Of a stretch of DNA of 64,000 nucleotides, positions 47,494 through 56,890 are shown in pieces. Location of the stretch: IMG/VR virus record IMGVR_UViG_3300033816_000828, positions 16,156 through 80,155 of that record; one strand, written 5' to 3'. Both the position numbers and the translations under genes were made by a program. The stretch's first letter is position 1. Each line of letters begins with the position of its first letter. This DNA comes from a virus. The notes under the pieces are model-generated. The model was given only the letters and a program-made list of their open reading frames with translations. It was not told the DNA's origin and searched no databases.

Positions 47494-48495
47494 TTATAAT
47501 ATTTGTGATGCTATTAAGCATCCTTTAGAAACCGCATGTAATGGATCTGATGCGTGTTTAATTTGTTTAATTTCTAGAGGAAAATTATTTTCTACTAGTT
47601 TTTCTGAAAATTTTTCTATATAACCGCTGGCCTGCGATGTTCCTCCAGCAATTACTATTGTTAGTGGATTTTTAAATTTAGGTAAAGATTTATGGCCAAT
47701 TAATGCTACACTCAATTGTTTAGTTGTATAGTCAATTAATCTTTCATAATAGGCTGACACCGCCCCCAAAATAGGATTATCATTTGATTCTCCTATTCTA
47801 AAACCTCCATTCTCCTTCTCTGCCTGCACAACGCTATCAGTCTCTCCTGTTGCTACAGCACTCATACGATCTACCCAATCTCCAGACTTTGTTGTGCTAA
47901 ATACTACTGTTGGTTCACCATTAAGCATGACACAAACATTTGTCATACCAGCACCACAACTAATACCTATCCCAGTATATTCCTCATTCTCTAATTCAGC
48001 ATAACATAGAGCCTCCGCTTCATTAACCGATCTTGCTTCATACCCACAACTTGCTAATACTGTTTTGACAACATCTTCATGATAACCAACATCGAAATCA
48101 TCATCTTCTTGATCAACAGGTTGTGCTGGTACACAAAATACTAATTTTTCATTTGGTTCTGATGCTTCTCCGACTACTTCTTTTAGAATAAATGCTAATA
48201 TTCTTTTAGCGTCTTTTTCTTTAGATGATACAACTCCCCTATACATAGGTCGTTTGGCAGTATCATTTCTTTCGATAGCTTTTTCTATAGCGTCTTTTCC
48301 TAAAAGGATAAATGAATTATCGGTATCTTTAATGAATACTTTTCCAGATAATCCTTTCTCTATCATCTTTATAGCGACCGGCGTTGTTGGCTTGATGATA
48401 TAAAATGCGTCTCTAAAATCTTTATATTCAATACCTTTATCTGTTTGTTGAGATAATACTATGAAACTTGTTCCAACGTCTAAACCTTTTGCCAT
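47494..48495 (-). CDS. Actin-like ATPase (MreB/ParM/FtsA superfamily)
   Basis: GLDVGT (phosphate 1), NEAEA, SCGAGMTN (phosphate 2), IAGGTS (adenosine), AVSKG. Confidence 0.82.
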   Translation of the reverse strand: MAKGLDVGTSFIVLSQQTDKGIEYKDFRDAFYIIKPTTPVAIKMIEKGLSGKVFIKDTDNSFILLGKDAIEKAIERNDTAKRPMYRGVVSSKEKDAKRILAFILKEVVGEASEPNEKLVFCVPAQPVDQEDDDFDVGYHEDVVKTVLASCGYEARSVNEAEALCYAELENEEYTGIGISCGAGMTNVCVMLNGEPTVVFSTTKSGDWVDRMSAVATGETDSVVQAEKENGGFRIGESNDNPILGAVSAYYERLIDYTTKQLSVALIGHKSLPKFKNPLTIVIAGGTSQASGYIEKFSEKLVENNFPLEIKQIKHASDPLHAVSKGCLIASQIL

Positions 48496-48498
48496 AAC

Positions 48499-48789
48499 TT
48501 AACCTTTCATATTTTTTAGTTTATTTATTGATGATGATATATTTTCATCTGATACTGTTTTGGTTCCTAGAGTATTAAATTTTTTTTCTAGATTATCTAT
48601 CTTAATTTCTGTAACAACTTTCTTATCATCTATGGTTATTTTTTCGTGTTCTTTTTGATTAAAATAAGATTTCGGCTTACTAATAGATACACCGGCACCA
48701 ACACTATTTAGCCTACCCAATATATAACCAATTAATAAACATATTATATTAATACTTAATGATAATACTATATAATTAATGTCTTGCAT
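48499..48789 (-). CDS. Small N-terminal TM protein
   Basis: Hydrophobic residues 6-24, charged tail. Confidence 0.7.
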   Translation of the reverse strand: MQDINYIVLSLSINIICLLIGYILGRLNSVGAGVSISKPKSYFNQKEHEKITIDDKKVVTEIKIDNLEKKFNTLGTKTVSDENISSSINKLKNMKG

Positions 48790-49162
48790 TATTTAACCAT
48801 TTTTTATATTTGTATTTATTAATGAAGCCTATAATGTTTGATATTTCTACATTTCTTCTTATTATACGAGAATCTGGTATTTTGTGAACTTTATATTCTT
48901 TTATTAAGTCTGGTCGACTATCATAGTCTACAATACAAACTATCGTATCATCAATTGACGGATCATTAGAATCCAAAAATTCGCTCTTTAATAATTTACA
49001 GTTTTTACACCAATCAGCACTAAATACAACCAATATATCTTTATTAGAGGACTCTGCAAGGGCCACAGCATCTTCAAGACTATTAACAAAAACGGGGCTT
49101 TCAGCAGCCCCGTTTATTGCAAAGATCATAATAAATATACATAATATTATTTTTTTTAACAT
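48776..49162 (-). CDS. Exported thioredoxin-family protein
   Basis: Signal peptide, FSADWCKNC. Confidence 0.85.
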   Translation of the reverse strand: MLKKIILCIFIMIFAINGAAESPVFVNSLEDAVALAESSNKDILVVFSADWCKNCKLLKSEFLDSNDPSIDDTIVCIVDYDSRPDLIKEYKVHKIPDSRIIRRNVEISNIIGFINKYKYKKWLNNARH

Positions 49163-50049
49163 ATTTTACCTATTATTCTACCTTTAGATGTTCTGTGTAT
49201 GAAGCCTTTACGAACAAGGTATGGCTCTATACTATTTTCAATAGTTTCTATTGATATGCCTGTTAATGATGATATTGTTTTTAATCCTAGTGGTGTTCCT
49301 TTGTGTTTTTTCAGAATTTCAATATATGATTTATCATACATATCAAAACCATTACTATCAATACCCTGAATATTAAATATATCATCTATATTTTTAGTAT
49401 TCGATTCGTCGCACAGTTTATAATTTTTATACCATTGCAATCTAGAATTTAATATTCTTGGTGTTCCTTTGCTTCTTTTGGCTATTTCCAGTAGGTCTTT
49501 TTCATCAATCATTAGTCCGAGTTTTTCGGCGTTCAATCCTGCTAGTTTGGCTAACTCATCGTCAGTATAAAACGACAAATGTTCCTTAATAATAAACCTA
49601 TCATAGAATGGCTGACTAAGACTTCCTCCACTAGTAGTTGCTCCGACTAATGTGAATTGTGGAACATCAATAGTTTCTGCATTTCCATCAATAACAGTAC
49701 TTAATTTAAAGTCTTCCATCACTGGATATAAAAATTCTTCTACTAATTTTGGAAGTCTATGTATTTCGTCTATAAACAAAATAGATTTTGGTGCCATTCC
49801 AGTTAAATAAGGTAGTATGCTTTTGACACTCCTTAAATTGGCAGCATTACATGTATATAGATTAACGCCCATCTCATTAGAGATAGCACTTGCTATAGTT
49901 GTTTTTCCAAGACCAGGAGGCCCATCAATTAAAATATGAGGCAGTACCGATTGTGAGTGCTTGCAACCCATAACAGATACTTTTAATCTTAAAATTACAT
50001 CAGACTGACCAATGATTTTATCAAAACTATTAGGGCGTAAACTATTCAT
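49156..50049 (-). CDS. ruvB: Holliday junction branch migration ATPase RuvB
   Basis: LRP..F..IIGQ, GPPGLGKTT, FIDEIHRL, LYPVMEDF, GTPRI, EPYL. Confidence 0.93.
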   Translation of the reverse strand: MNSLRPNSFDKIIGQSDVILRLKVSVMGCKHSQSVLPHILIDGPPGLGKTTIASAISNEMGVNLYTCNAANLRSVKSILPYLTGMAPKSILFIDEIHRLPKLVEEFLYPVMEDFKLSTVIDGNAETIDVPQFTLVGATTSGGSLSQPFYDRFIIKEHLSFYTDDELAKLAGLNAEKLGLMIDEKDLLEIAKRSKGTPRILNSRLQWYKNYKLCDESNTKNIDDIFNIQGIDSNGFDMYDKSYIEILKKHKGTPLGLKTISSLTGISIETIENSIEPYLVRKGFIHRTSKGRIIGKIC

Positions 50050-50443
50050 TATTTTTTGAATCCTTTATCCAAAATACAAAGTCATTAGATTTATTATCAA
50101 ATGCGGTTTCAATCATACCTTTATTTACCAAAGAATTTAGTATATTGCTGATCATTCTATCATTCAAAGATTGAATAATCTCATAGTATAGACTATCTGA
50201 TATTAAATATCGTATTTTCTGATTTTTTTTATTAGTCTGTTTTTTAGCTAAACTTTTAACTATCACTAATGATTCATCATGTGATAAAACAGTATCAAAT
50301 TCTTCTTGATCTTCTGGTTTAATTTCATCTAGTAATATATCAATATCTGTTGATTTATCGCTACCAAAATTATTAAATATTAATGTGCGAGTTTTATCAA
50401 CAAATTCTATTATATCTTTAATTATATACCATTCTTCGTTCAT
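50042..50443 (-). CDS. Hypothetical protein
   Basis: Coupled ORF; C-terminus resembles the partial ORF at 63874..64000. Confidence 0.7.
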   Translation of the reverse strand: MNEEWYIIKDIIEFVDKTRTLIFNNFGSDKSTDIDILLDEIKPEDQEEFDTVLSHDESLVIVKSLAKKQTNKKNQKIRYLISDSLYYEIIQSLNDRMISNILNSLVNKGMIETAFDNKSNDFVFWIKDSKNNE

Positions 50444-50450
50444 ATTTTAT

Positions 50451-50870
50451 TTAGTTCAGTATATCGAACAGTCCTTTATAGTAAATGGGCTGACTAACAA
50501 AATATTTGGCATGTGCTTGTAAGTGTAATTTATATTCGTTATTTATAGGATCAGAAATAAAGTATTTCTTTTTCCATATTGGATTACCACCATAATTGGA
50601 TCCCAAATACTGGAAGGAGTTACCCTTACCAGTATCGGGATTCCAACTATTCACAGGTAACGAAACAAACGGAAAGCCAGGAATATTATTTAATGGTATA
50701 GAAGGTATTTGATTCCAATCTATATCATTAAACATATCAGTTAACCATTTTGATAGCGGGCTATCTGCCGACACATCAAATTTAAAGTAATAATGATAAG
50801 GATCTAATGATGGATGATCATAGTCATAATCATCTTCATCGTATTCATTATCGTCATAATCTTCGTGCAT
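50451..50870 (-). CDS. Hypothetical protein with acidic N-terminus
   Basis: ORF with SD-like sequence. Confidence 0.65.
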   Translation of the reverse strand: MHEDYDDNEYDEDDYDYDHPSLDPYHYYFKFDVSADSPLSKWLTDMFNDIDWNQIPSIPLNNIPGFPFVSLPVNSWNPDTGKGNSFQYLGSNYGGNPIWKKKYFISDPINNEYKLHLQAHAKYFVSQPIYYKGLFDILN

Positions 50871-50884
50871 TGAATTATCTCTTA

Positions 50885-50973
50885 AAAAATGGGAAGGAAT
50901 CGAACCTTCTCACATAGCGTTTGTCGAATTTCCCAACCAGAGGCTATGATCTTAGTCACCAGACTCCATTTTC
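50885..50973 (-). ncRNA. tRNA-like structured RNA lacking a canonical anticodon arm
   Basis: AAAATGG/CCATTTT closing stem, AGTC-TGGT-GACT hairpin, CATAGC/GCTATG arm, GAAGG-TTCGATT-CCTTC T-arm. Confidence 0.6.
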
Positions 50974-50982
50974 TTTTAACGA

Positions 50983-51861
50983 TCAATACTGATCGTCGTA
51001 ATCATCCTCATCTTCATCGTCAGCATCAGCGTAGTAATCTTCATCCATATCTTCTTCATCGTCATTCCATGCCCAACTATACTCATGATCATAATCATCT
51101 TCGTCATCATTATAGTCATCTTCAGCAAAGTTAGATGAATAAAGAGGCTTGAGAAGTTCGCCTTGATACTCTCCAACAACTTCATATTGGCAAGTACGAA
51201 GTTTCTCACAATTACAATCACTAGGAACGCTAACAACGTCACAAGGATTAATCTTCACAATAACAATACGGTCACCAGCATCGACGCTGCCGTAACCAGC
51301 AACATAGTTCAATGCTCCAGCATGAAGTCCCTGAGAACAACCGCGACCACGATTATCATCAACTTTTGATCGGGTCATCTTGCAAATATCGCCAACCTTG
51401 TTACGAAACTTTCCAGCATACTTGTCCATATAATCACCACGAACAGCCTTATATGCTAGAAAGCATCCATCCTCAGTAATTGGCAGATGCTCATGCTCAA
51501 GGAAATCATAAAGTTCCTGCTGACTCTGCATACTAGGATTATCCATAAGATTATTCAGAAAGTTAACGAGGGGCTGAAATGGCAGACCCTTGCTCATAAA
51601 CTCCAGAATTCTCTTACTAATACTACCATGAACTTCGTCACCATCATAGAACACCTTACCTTCCTTAATATCCACAAGACCATCGCTAAATACTGCGACT
51701 GCCTTTTGAATATCAACAATCTCAAGTAATTCATCAGCGGTCGCTGTGGGCAAACGCTCAAGAATCATCTTGTAATTAATATGATCCGGCAAAACCTGAT
51801 AACTCTGGTTATTAAGAACCAGTGTCAAATTACCATCAACAAACATAAACGGAACAGCCAT
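50983..51861 (-). CDS. rIIB: rIIB-like protein
   Basis: LPITEDGCFLAYKAV, CSQGLHAG, VKINPCDVVSVP, LRTCQYEVV, acidic tail. Confidence 0.9.
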   Translation of the reverse strand: MAVPFMFVDGNLTLVLNNQSYQVLPDHINYKMILERLPTATADELLEIVDIQKAVAVFSDGLVDIKEGKVFYDGDEVHGSISKRILEFMSKGLPFQPLVNFLNNLMDNPSMQSQQELYDFLEHEHLPITEDGCFLAYKAVRGDYMDKYAGKFRNKVGDICKMTRSKVDDNRGRGCSQGLHAGALNYVAGYGSVDAGDRIVIVKINPCDVVSVPSDCNCEKLRTCQYEVVGEYQGELLKPLYSSNFAEDDYNDDEDDYDHEYSWAWNDDEEDMDEDYYADADDEDEDDYDDQY

Positions 51862-51887
51862 TGTAAAACTCCTATTGTTACCTGTGA

Positions 51888-54569
51888 TTACTTAACTAAA
51901 CTACCAATTTGCTTTCTAAATGCTTCCACATCATTTAGACTTGTTAACCATGTTTTAGTATTACCGCTGTAGTAATGCCTGTCATCAAGTTGTTTAATCG
52001 GTTCATTTGAACCAGATAGTTCTCTTAGTTCGCCAGACACGGCACGACTACCAACAATATACTTCAAAACGGGATTGTTGTCAAGTTCGGCTTTAATATC
52101 TTTTCTAACATCTTCCATTTTGGCAAGATTATATTTCTTTGAAACATCTGGCTTAATAATAGCAAGACACTCCTTCATCATATCTTCGTTATGAATATAC
52201 ATTCTACTCTGAATATATGATACCAAAGAATTATATGCAATATTACTATTACGAACCTTCTGACTATCAAGACCATTGATCCCAATATCACTTAATAGTT
52301 TTGTTATGTGACCAAAATAATCGGCCGCCTTGAATCGCTTGATATCAAAAGAAGGACGATGAACAGTATCAACAAAGAACTCAATAATTAGACAATAATT
52401 GATAGCATCAACTAGTTTCTTATTACTGATATGTTTCTCATAGTCCAAACCAAAAATATTAAGCATATGAAAAGTAAATTGCTTTTCCAGAGTACCATAT
52501 CCATAGTAAGTGTCGCTATTCTTAGCAGAATAATTATTCTGAGTTCTGCTAAATTCAACAATACCATTGTATTCTGACAACTTGTTCAGACTATCTTTGG
52601 CAACTCTTTTGAGTTGCTTCTTGAAGAAAGTATTAAAGTCAATCAGCGTATATCCCTGCTTCTTGAGTTTATCGACAAAAGCACTCTTGATAGCATAAAT
52701 CTTATTAGATCCAAACAAATCCTTGACTAATGATGTTGCAGTAACATCGTTTATCATTAGGTTCAAATCAGAAATTGATGGATATTCATTAGAAGCACTA
52801 GCATAGCGAATGATTGGAACATAAATAATCTCATCACTATCTTCAAAAGCCTCTAATTCATCTTCTGTCAAAACCCTGAGACAAGGAGCATCGTTATAAG
52901 GATTGCTAATTTTGCCGCTATCCTTAGATTCTCCATAGATAAAAAATACATCTTGGTCACTAACAGCACCATTAGAAGATCGACTACTTTGCTTACGAGG
53001 ATTATTACTCTTAATCAAGTCCTTGTAGTCAGAAACCTTCTTGATTTTGTCAGCACCAACATCAGAGATAAGATCGTCAAAACCTTCATCTGCCTTAGTA
53101 TGATCCTTGGTATCAATCATTAGATACGCAAAACAATTATTGTCGTTGCAATATCTAGTAACGATCTTCTTTGCTGTTTCTTCTGTTTTAATATCGCAAA
53201 CAAAGAATGACAGTTCGCCCGTCTTTTTCTGACTATTCCAATAGTATTCCCCCTTACCAGTAAGAGTATTGTGATGAATACTGTTTGTCTGATAAACCAT
53301 GCGACGAGAACGATAGCCAGCAGTACGATAATTAAAAACGTACATACTCTTTCCGGCAGGAATTTTATATTCTAGATCCTGTCCAGAATTAATATTGTGC
53401 TTCTTACCCTTACTGTCAGTCCATTCAGCACCAACTCCCCAACCACCAGCAAGATCGTTAAGGGTATAATAAAGCGTGATTGCTTCTACCTTGGTTTTGG
53501 CAGCAGCGATTTTCTTGCTAAATTGTTCCTTCATCTCAAGATAAATCTCTTGAGTCTTTTCACGCAAGGTTCTAATTACATCTTTGGTATACTGCAAACC
53601 TTCTCTGGAAACGTCCATTTCAAGTTCGCCAATACCAAAGTCAAGTTCAAGATAAAGATTCTGGTTAATAATCTCATTAACAAAACTTTTCCAACTGTCA
53701 ATATCGGCCTTTTGAAAAGCACGATTCCAACGCTGAATAGCATCATTAGTGGTTTGCTTATCCTCACCAACAATCTGACTAGCCTTAACGGGGTACGCAA
53801 TATTGCCCATTAGTGCAACAATGCCACTATCAATATGGTGATGAACATTAGGATAATAATTAGTATCATTATTCAGGCGGCAAACTCTCCAACCATCACC
53901 GCTCAAGATGATGTTTTTATTGCTATATTTATGATCTTTTAGATTAGTTAGAACACCACCCTCAATAATAGGCTTCATCTTAAAGTAATGGAAAATACGC
54001 ATAGACTTGCTACTAAATTCAGCAAAGTCATACTGCTTTACAGCAAAACTAATCTCAAGACCATTAGGTTCGTCGGTTTCGCTGACACTAAAAAGATTCA
54101 GAGTAGGAACGCCACTATCATCAATAGCAGCAACATAAGTATACTTTTGTCCATTGTAATAAGAACTAGTAGTAAAACTCTTGGTATACGCAAAAGGACT
54201 CTTAGAACCTAGACCAAGACAACCAACAAAATCGTTACTAGTATTCTTATTACTAGCACCATAGGTTGTATAAAGATTCTCCATATCGGCCTGACTAAGA
54301 CCAGTGCCATAATCACGCACCACAAAATTAGGATTACCAGCACTAGGCAATACTACCTTAAAAGGATTCTTATTACCAGCAGCAATATGACTGTCATAAG
54401 CGTTAGTGGACAACTCACGAACAACTGCCATCACCTTGTCAGAATAAAGAGAGTCTGACAAAATCTTAAACATTTTACTGGTTTGGGCGATAGTGAATCC
54501 TGCTTCACTCTTAACACCAGCACTGTGAGTCTCAACCGTCCTGTCTGCCAACTTCATTTTCTTCTCCAA
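51888..54569 (-). CDS. rIIA: rIIA-like protein (GHKL ATPase N-terminus); start possibly 54557
   Basis: LYSDKVMAVVRELSTNAYD, DYGTG, GLGSKSPFAY, SREGLQY; adjacent to rIIB. Confidence 0.9.
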   Translation of the reverse strand: MEKKMKLADRTVETHSAGVKSEAGFTIAQTSKMFKILSDSLYSDKVMAVVRELSTNAYDSHIAAGNKNPFKVVLPSAGNPNFVVRDYGTGLSQADMENLYTTYGASNKNTSNDFVGCLGLGSKSPFAYTKSFTTSSYYNGQKYTYVAAIDDSGVPTLNLFSVSETDEPNGLEISFAVKQYDFAEFSSKSMRIFHYFKMKPIIEGGVLTNLKDHKYSNKNIILSGDGWRVCRLNNDTNYYPNVHHHIDSGIVALMGNIAYPVKASQIVGEDKQTTNDAIQRWNRAFQKADIDSWKSFVNEIINQNLYLELDFGIGELEMDVSREGLQYTKDVIRTLREKTQEIYLEMKEQFSKKIAAAKTKVEAITLYYTLNDLAGGWGVGAEWTDSKGKKHNINSGQDLEYKIPAGKSMYVFNYRTAGYRSRRMVYQTNSIHHNTLTGKGEYYWNSQKKTGELSFFVCDIKTEETAKKIVTRYCNDNNCFAYLMIDTKDHTKADEGFDDLISDVGADKIKKVSDYKDLIKSNNPRKQSSRSSNGAVSDQDVFFIYGESKDSGKISNPYNDAPCLRVLTEDELEAFEDSDEIIYVPIIRYASASNEYPSISDLNLMINDVTATSLVKDLFGSNKIYAIKSAFVDKLKKQGYTLIDFNTFFKKQLKRVAKDSLNKLSEYNGIVEFSRTQNNYSAKNSDTYYGYGTLEKQFTFHMLNIFGLDYEKHISNKKLVDAINYCLIIEFFVDTVHRPSFDIKRFKAADYFGHITKLLSDIGINGLDSQKVRNSNIAYNSLVSYIQSRMYIHNEDMMKECLAIIKPDVSKKYNLAKMEDVRKDIKAELDNNPVLKYIVGSRAVSGELRELSGSNEPIKQLDDRHYYSGNTKTWLTSLNDVEAFRKQIGSLVK

Positions 54570-54599
54570 TATGTTTCGTTATCGACCTGTGATTAGCGT

Positions 54600-54627
54600 A
54601 TCATACCATACTGTTATCGGTTGTCAA
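54600..54627 (-). promoter_or_regulatory. Sigma70-type early promoter for rIIA
   Basis: TTGACA-N16-TATGAT with extended TG. Confidence 0.7.
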
Positions 54628-54865
54628 GCCTCGCGTCTTTAGATTTTGTTGCAAGGTACGCACAATATATCGGCAATAATCCTAGCCAGCGAATAGGCGT
54701 AACAAGAGTTAATATCCACCATAATCCATATATCGCACAAAATATAGATAAGAATTGAATTATAATCTTTGGAAAAATATTGAGTTTATTTATTAGTAGT
54801 AATAATGGGCCAAACAATATCATACCCAAGAATATTATTGTAACTAATAATGCTAAACTAGCCAT
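54614..54865 (-). CDS. Small multi-pass membrane protein
   Basis: Three hydrophobic segments. Confidence 0.7.
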   Translation of the reverse strand: MASLALLVTIIFLGMILFGPLLLLINKLNIFPKIIIQFLSIFCAIYGLWWILTLVTPIRWLGLLPIYCAYLATKSKDARLDNR

Positions 54866-55176
54866 TAACTTTCATCTTCTCTACTATTCCAATCATCATC
54901 TTCATCTGGAACCCATGTTTGATCAGTATCATAATCTTCTTCAATATCTTCTGATTCGTCCAGCATTATGGTGAAACTATTAAGTATTTCTAACATCAAA
55001 TCAACTTTATAACCAATATCTCTAACTTCTTTTTTAATTTCACTAATATCTTTAAGTAATTTATCTTGATCTTTTTTTAGTACACATATGTCTTTTGCAT
55101 TTTCTACATCTTTTTTATATAGATCCTTATGAGATTGATCAATTTTCTTACGGATATCATCAAAATCTCGTGACAT
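54865..55176 (-). CDS. Coiled-coil protein with acidic tail
   Basis: AAGGAG SD, heptads. Confidence 0.7.
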   Translation of the reverse strand: MSRDFDDIRKKIDQSHKDLYKKDVENAKDICVLKKDQDKLLKDISEIKKEVRDIGYKVDLMLEILNSFTIMLDESEDIEEDYDTDQTWVPDEDDDWNSREDES

Positions 55177-55186
55177 AATAGGCTCC

Positions 55187-55498
55187 TTATTTTAGTTTTT
55201 TATACTCTTTTATGTCGCCATTCTGGATAATTTTAATATCTTCATATGGAGCAGCAATTCTTCTATAGAATTCTTGTTTCACATTTTCTAATACACCAGT
55301 AATCATAGCGATCTTATTATATGATGGTTGTTCCATTAAGCCCGATAATATACGAGAAAAACAATAATTTATTCGACCTAAATAAATACTAAAGTCGTGC
55401 GGATTATTCAATGAATGTTTAATATCACGAATACAAAGGGTTAATTGGTCAATACAATGATCTAACTCTAGCCTATCATCTTCACTTATATATGGCAT
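55187..55498 (-). CDS. Conserved-looking phage hypothetical protein
   Basis: MPYI...GVLENVKQEFYRRIAAPYED..NGD. Confidence 0.75.
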   Translation of the reverse strand: MPYISEDDRLELDHCIDQLTLCIRDIKHSLNNPHDFSIYLGRINYCFSRILSGLMEQPSYNKIAMITGVLENVKQEFYRRIAAPYEDIKIIQNGDIKEYKKLK

Positions 55499-55507
55499 AA
55501 TATTCTC

Positions 55508-56035
55508 CTAGCATTTACAATTATATTTTGAACAATATCCGCATCTAGGCCCAGGATCAACATTCCCCCAAGCATTAGCATTACCATCAAAACTTTCTTT
55601 GCCAGTGTCAATACAAACTAATTTTTTAGAGCGGCCTCTTTTTACTAGGCCCACATTATACCAATGACAATCCCAAAATTTTAAACCAGTTTTTTCAAGA
55701 ATATCATCAACTAAATTCTGAATTTCTTTCATACTAATAGTAGTATTGGCTTTACAAGTTTTAGCATATTCTGTTATAAATCCCCAATCACTACTTTCAT
55801 AAAATATGACGCCCTCTTCTTCTGCAAAATTTAATTTGCAAACTTTACTAAATATTTTTGGGGCAAGGTCGAATTTGGCTAATTTTTTTTGAATAGAATA
55901 TGCTTCACTGGCTTTCTTTTTGTTTCTAAACTCTTTAAATACCGAACCTTTGTGATTTTTAATAGGATATACTTGGCAGCATCCTCCCTCATCAAACCAA
56001 TCACTATAATCAATTTCAAATTCAGTATTTATCAT
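55508..56035 (-). CDS. Minimal protein-kinase-like protein
   Basis: EGGCCQVY Gly loop, VFK lysine, DCHWYN catalytic loop, IDTG. Confidence 0.7.
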   Translation of the reverse strand: MINTEFEIDYSDWFDEGGCCQVYPIKNHKGSVFKEFRNKKKASEAYSIQKKLAKFDLAPKIFSKVCKLNFAEEEGVIFYESSDWGFITEYAKTCKANTTISMKEIQNLVDDILEKTGLKFWDCHWYNVGLVKRGRSKKLVCIDTGKESFDGNANAWGNVDPGPRCGYCSKYNCKC

Positions 56036-56036
56036 T

Positions 56037-56384
56037 TTACTCTGTCGTTTCTATAATAGAATTACCCATAATAGATTCAGCAATTAATATTGCTTCTTTA
56101 AGACTAAATGTTTCGCTAATCTTCAGAGTATTTCGTGGAATATCTATCCAATAGGAGCCATATACTCCATAAAAAGAATCGCCTTTGTCTGGATTATGAA
56201 AAAGAAAATCTTCGTAAGTATTAAATGAATCGGTATAATATTCGCCGTTTTCATCCTGTTTCTCGTATACCGTATCCACAATTAAAAATCTAAAATTAGG
56301 ATGTTTAGGATTCTTAGGACTATGAACTATGCCACGATAAAATTTATTTGGCAGAGCGACCATATTGGTATCCTCTCCAATCAT
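56037..56384 (-). CDS. Hypothetical protein (start possibly 56363)
   Basis: GGAGAGG SD before ATG 56363. Confidence 0.65.
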   Translation of the reverse strand: MIGEDTNMVALPNKFYRGIVHSPKNPKHPNFRFLIVDTVYEKQDENGEYYTDSFNTYEDFLFHNPDKGDSFYGVYGSYWIDIPRNTLKISETFSLKEAILIAESIMGNSIIETTE

Positions 56385-56640
56385 CTTTTAGAAATTCTTC
56401 TCTATTAGAATATAGAGGAACAACAGTATCTTGGTTTAAATATGGATTATGATTAATGCTCAATCCATACAGATCATGTTTGTCATTAATCCTGCCATAC
56501 GCAACAATTTTAAAAGAGCCTAATTTTTGTCTTAGTTTTTCTAGTTCGTCTTTAGCATTTTGAACTGTGAATAGTTTTGGTACAAGACCTTGTTCAGTAC
56601 AATTCAAAACATAGTCTAATGGATCAGAATATTCGTTCAT
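56344..56640 (-). CDS. Hypothetical protein
   Basis: Coupled ORF. Confidence 0.65.
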   Translation of the reverse strand: MNEYSDPLDYVLNCTEQGLVPKLFTVQNAKDELEKLRQKLGSFKIVAYGRINDKHDLYGLSINHNPYLNQDTVVPLYSNREEFLKDDWRGYQYGRSAK

Positions 56641-56855
56641 GAAACAAATCCGATTTTGGTTTTCTCAACTACTGTAACTTCTAGTTCGTTTGGTGCAAAA
56701 TGTTCAGTGGAATAACTACGACCATTCCACCAACCACACTTATACGAGATACTATTGTCAGCACTAATAGTAGCACTAACTATAGTTCCATAAACATCAT
56801 CAGTCAACTTAACTTTACTGCCGATCTTATATAGTTCCAGAGAATTTTTACTCAT
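56637..56855 (-). CDS. Small SH3-like hypothetical protein
   Basis: YKIGSKVKL...YKCGWW...F...EL. Confidence 0.6.
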   Translation of the reverse strand: MSKNSLELYKIGSKVKLTDDVYGTIVSATISADNSISYKCGWWNGRSYSTEHFAPNELEVTVVEKTKIGFVS

Positions 56856-56890
56856 GATTGTATCCTTATAGAATTAAGTTAATCAATAAA

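Noticed and set aside
50885-50973. Calling the element tRNA-Pro or tRNA-Sec
   Set aside because: The TTGGGAA segment is not closed by a 5-bp stem, and there is no UCA loop or long variable arm.
50889-51242. ORFs 50889..51134 (+) and 50976..51242 (-)
   Set aside because: Frame shadows of the rIIB acidic GAT/GAC-rich tail and the tRNA-like element.
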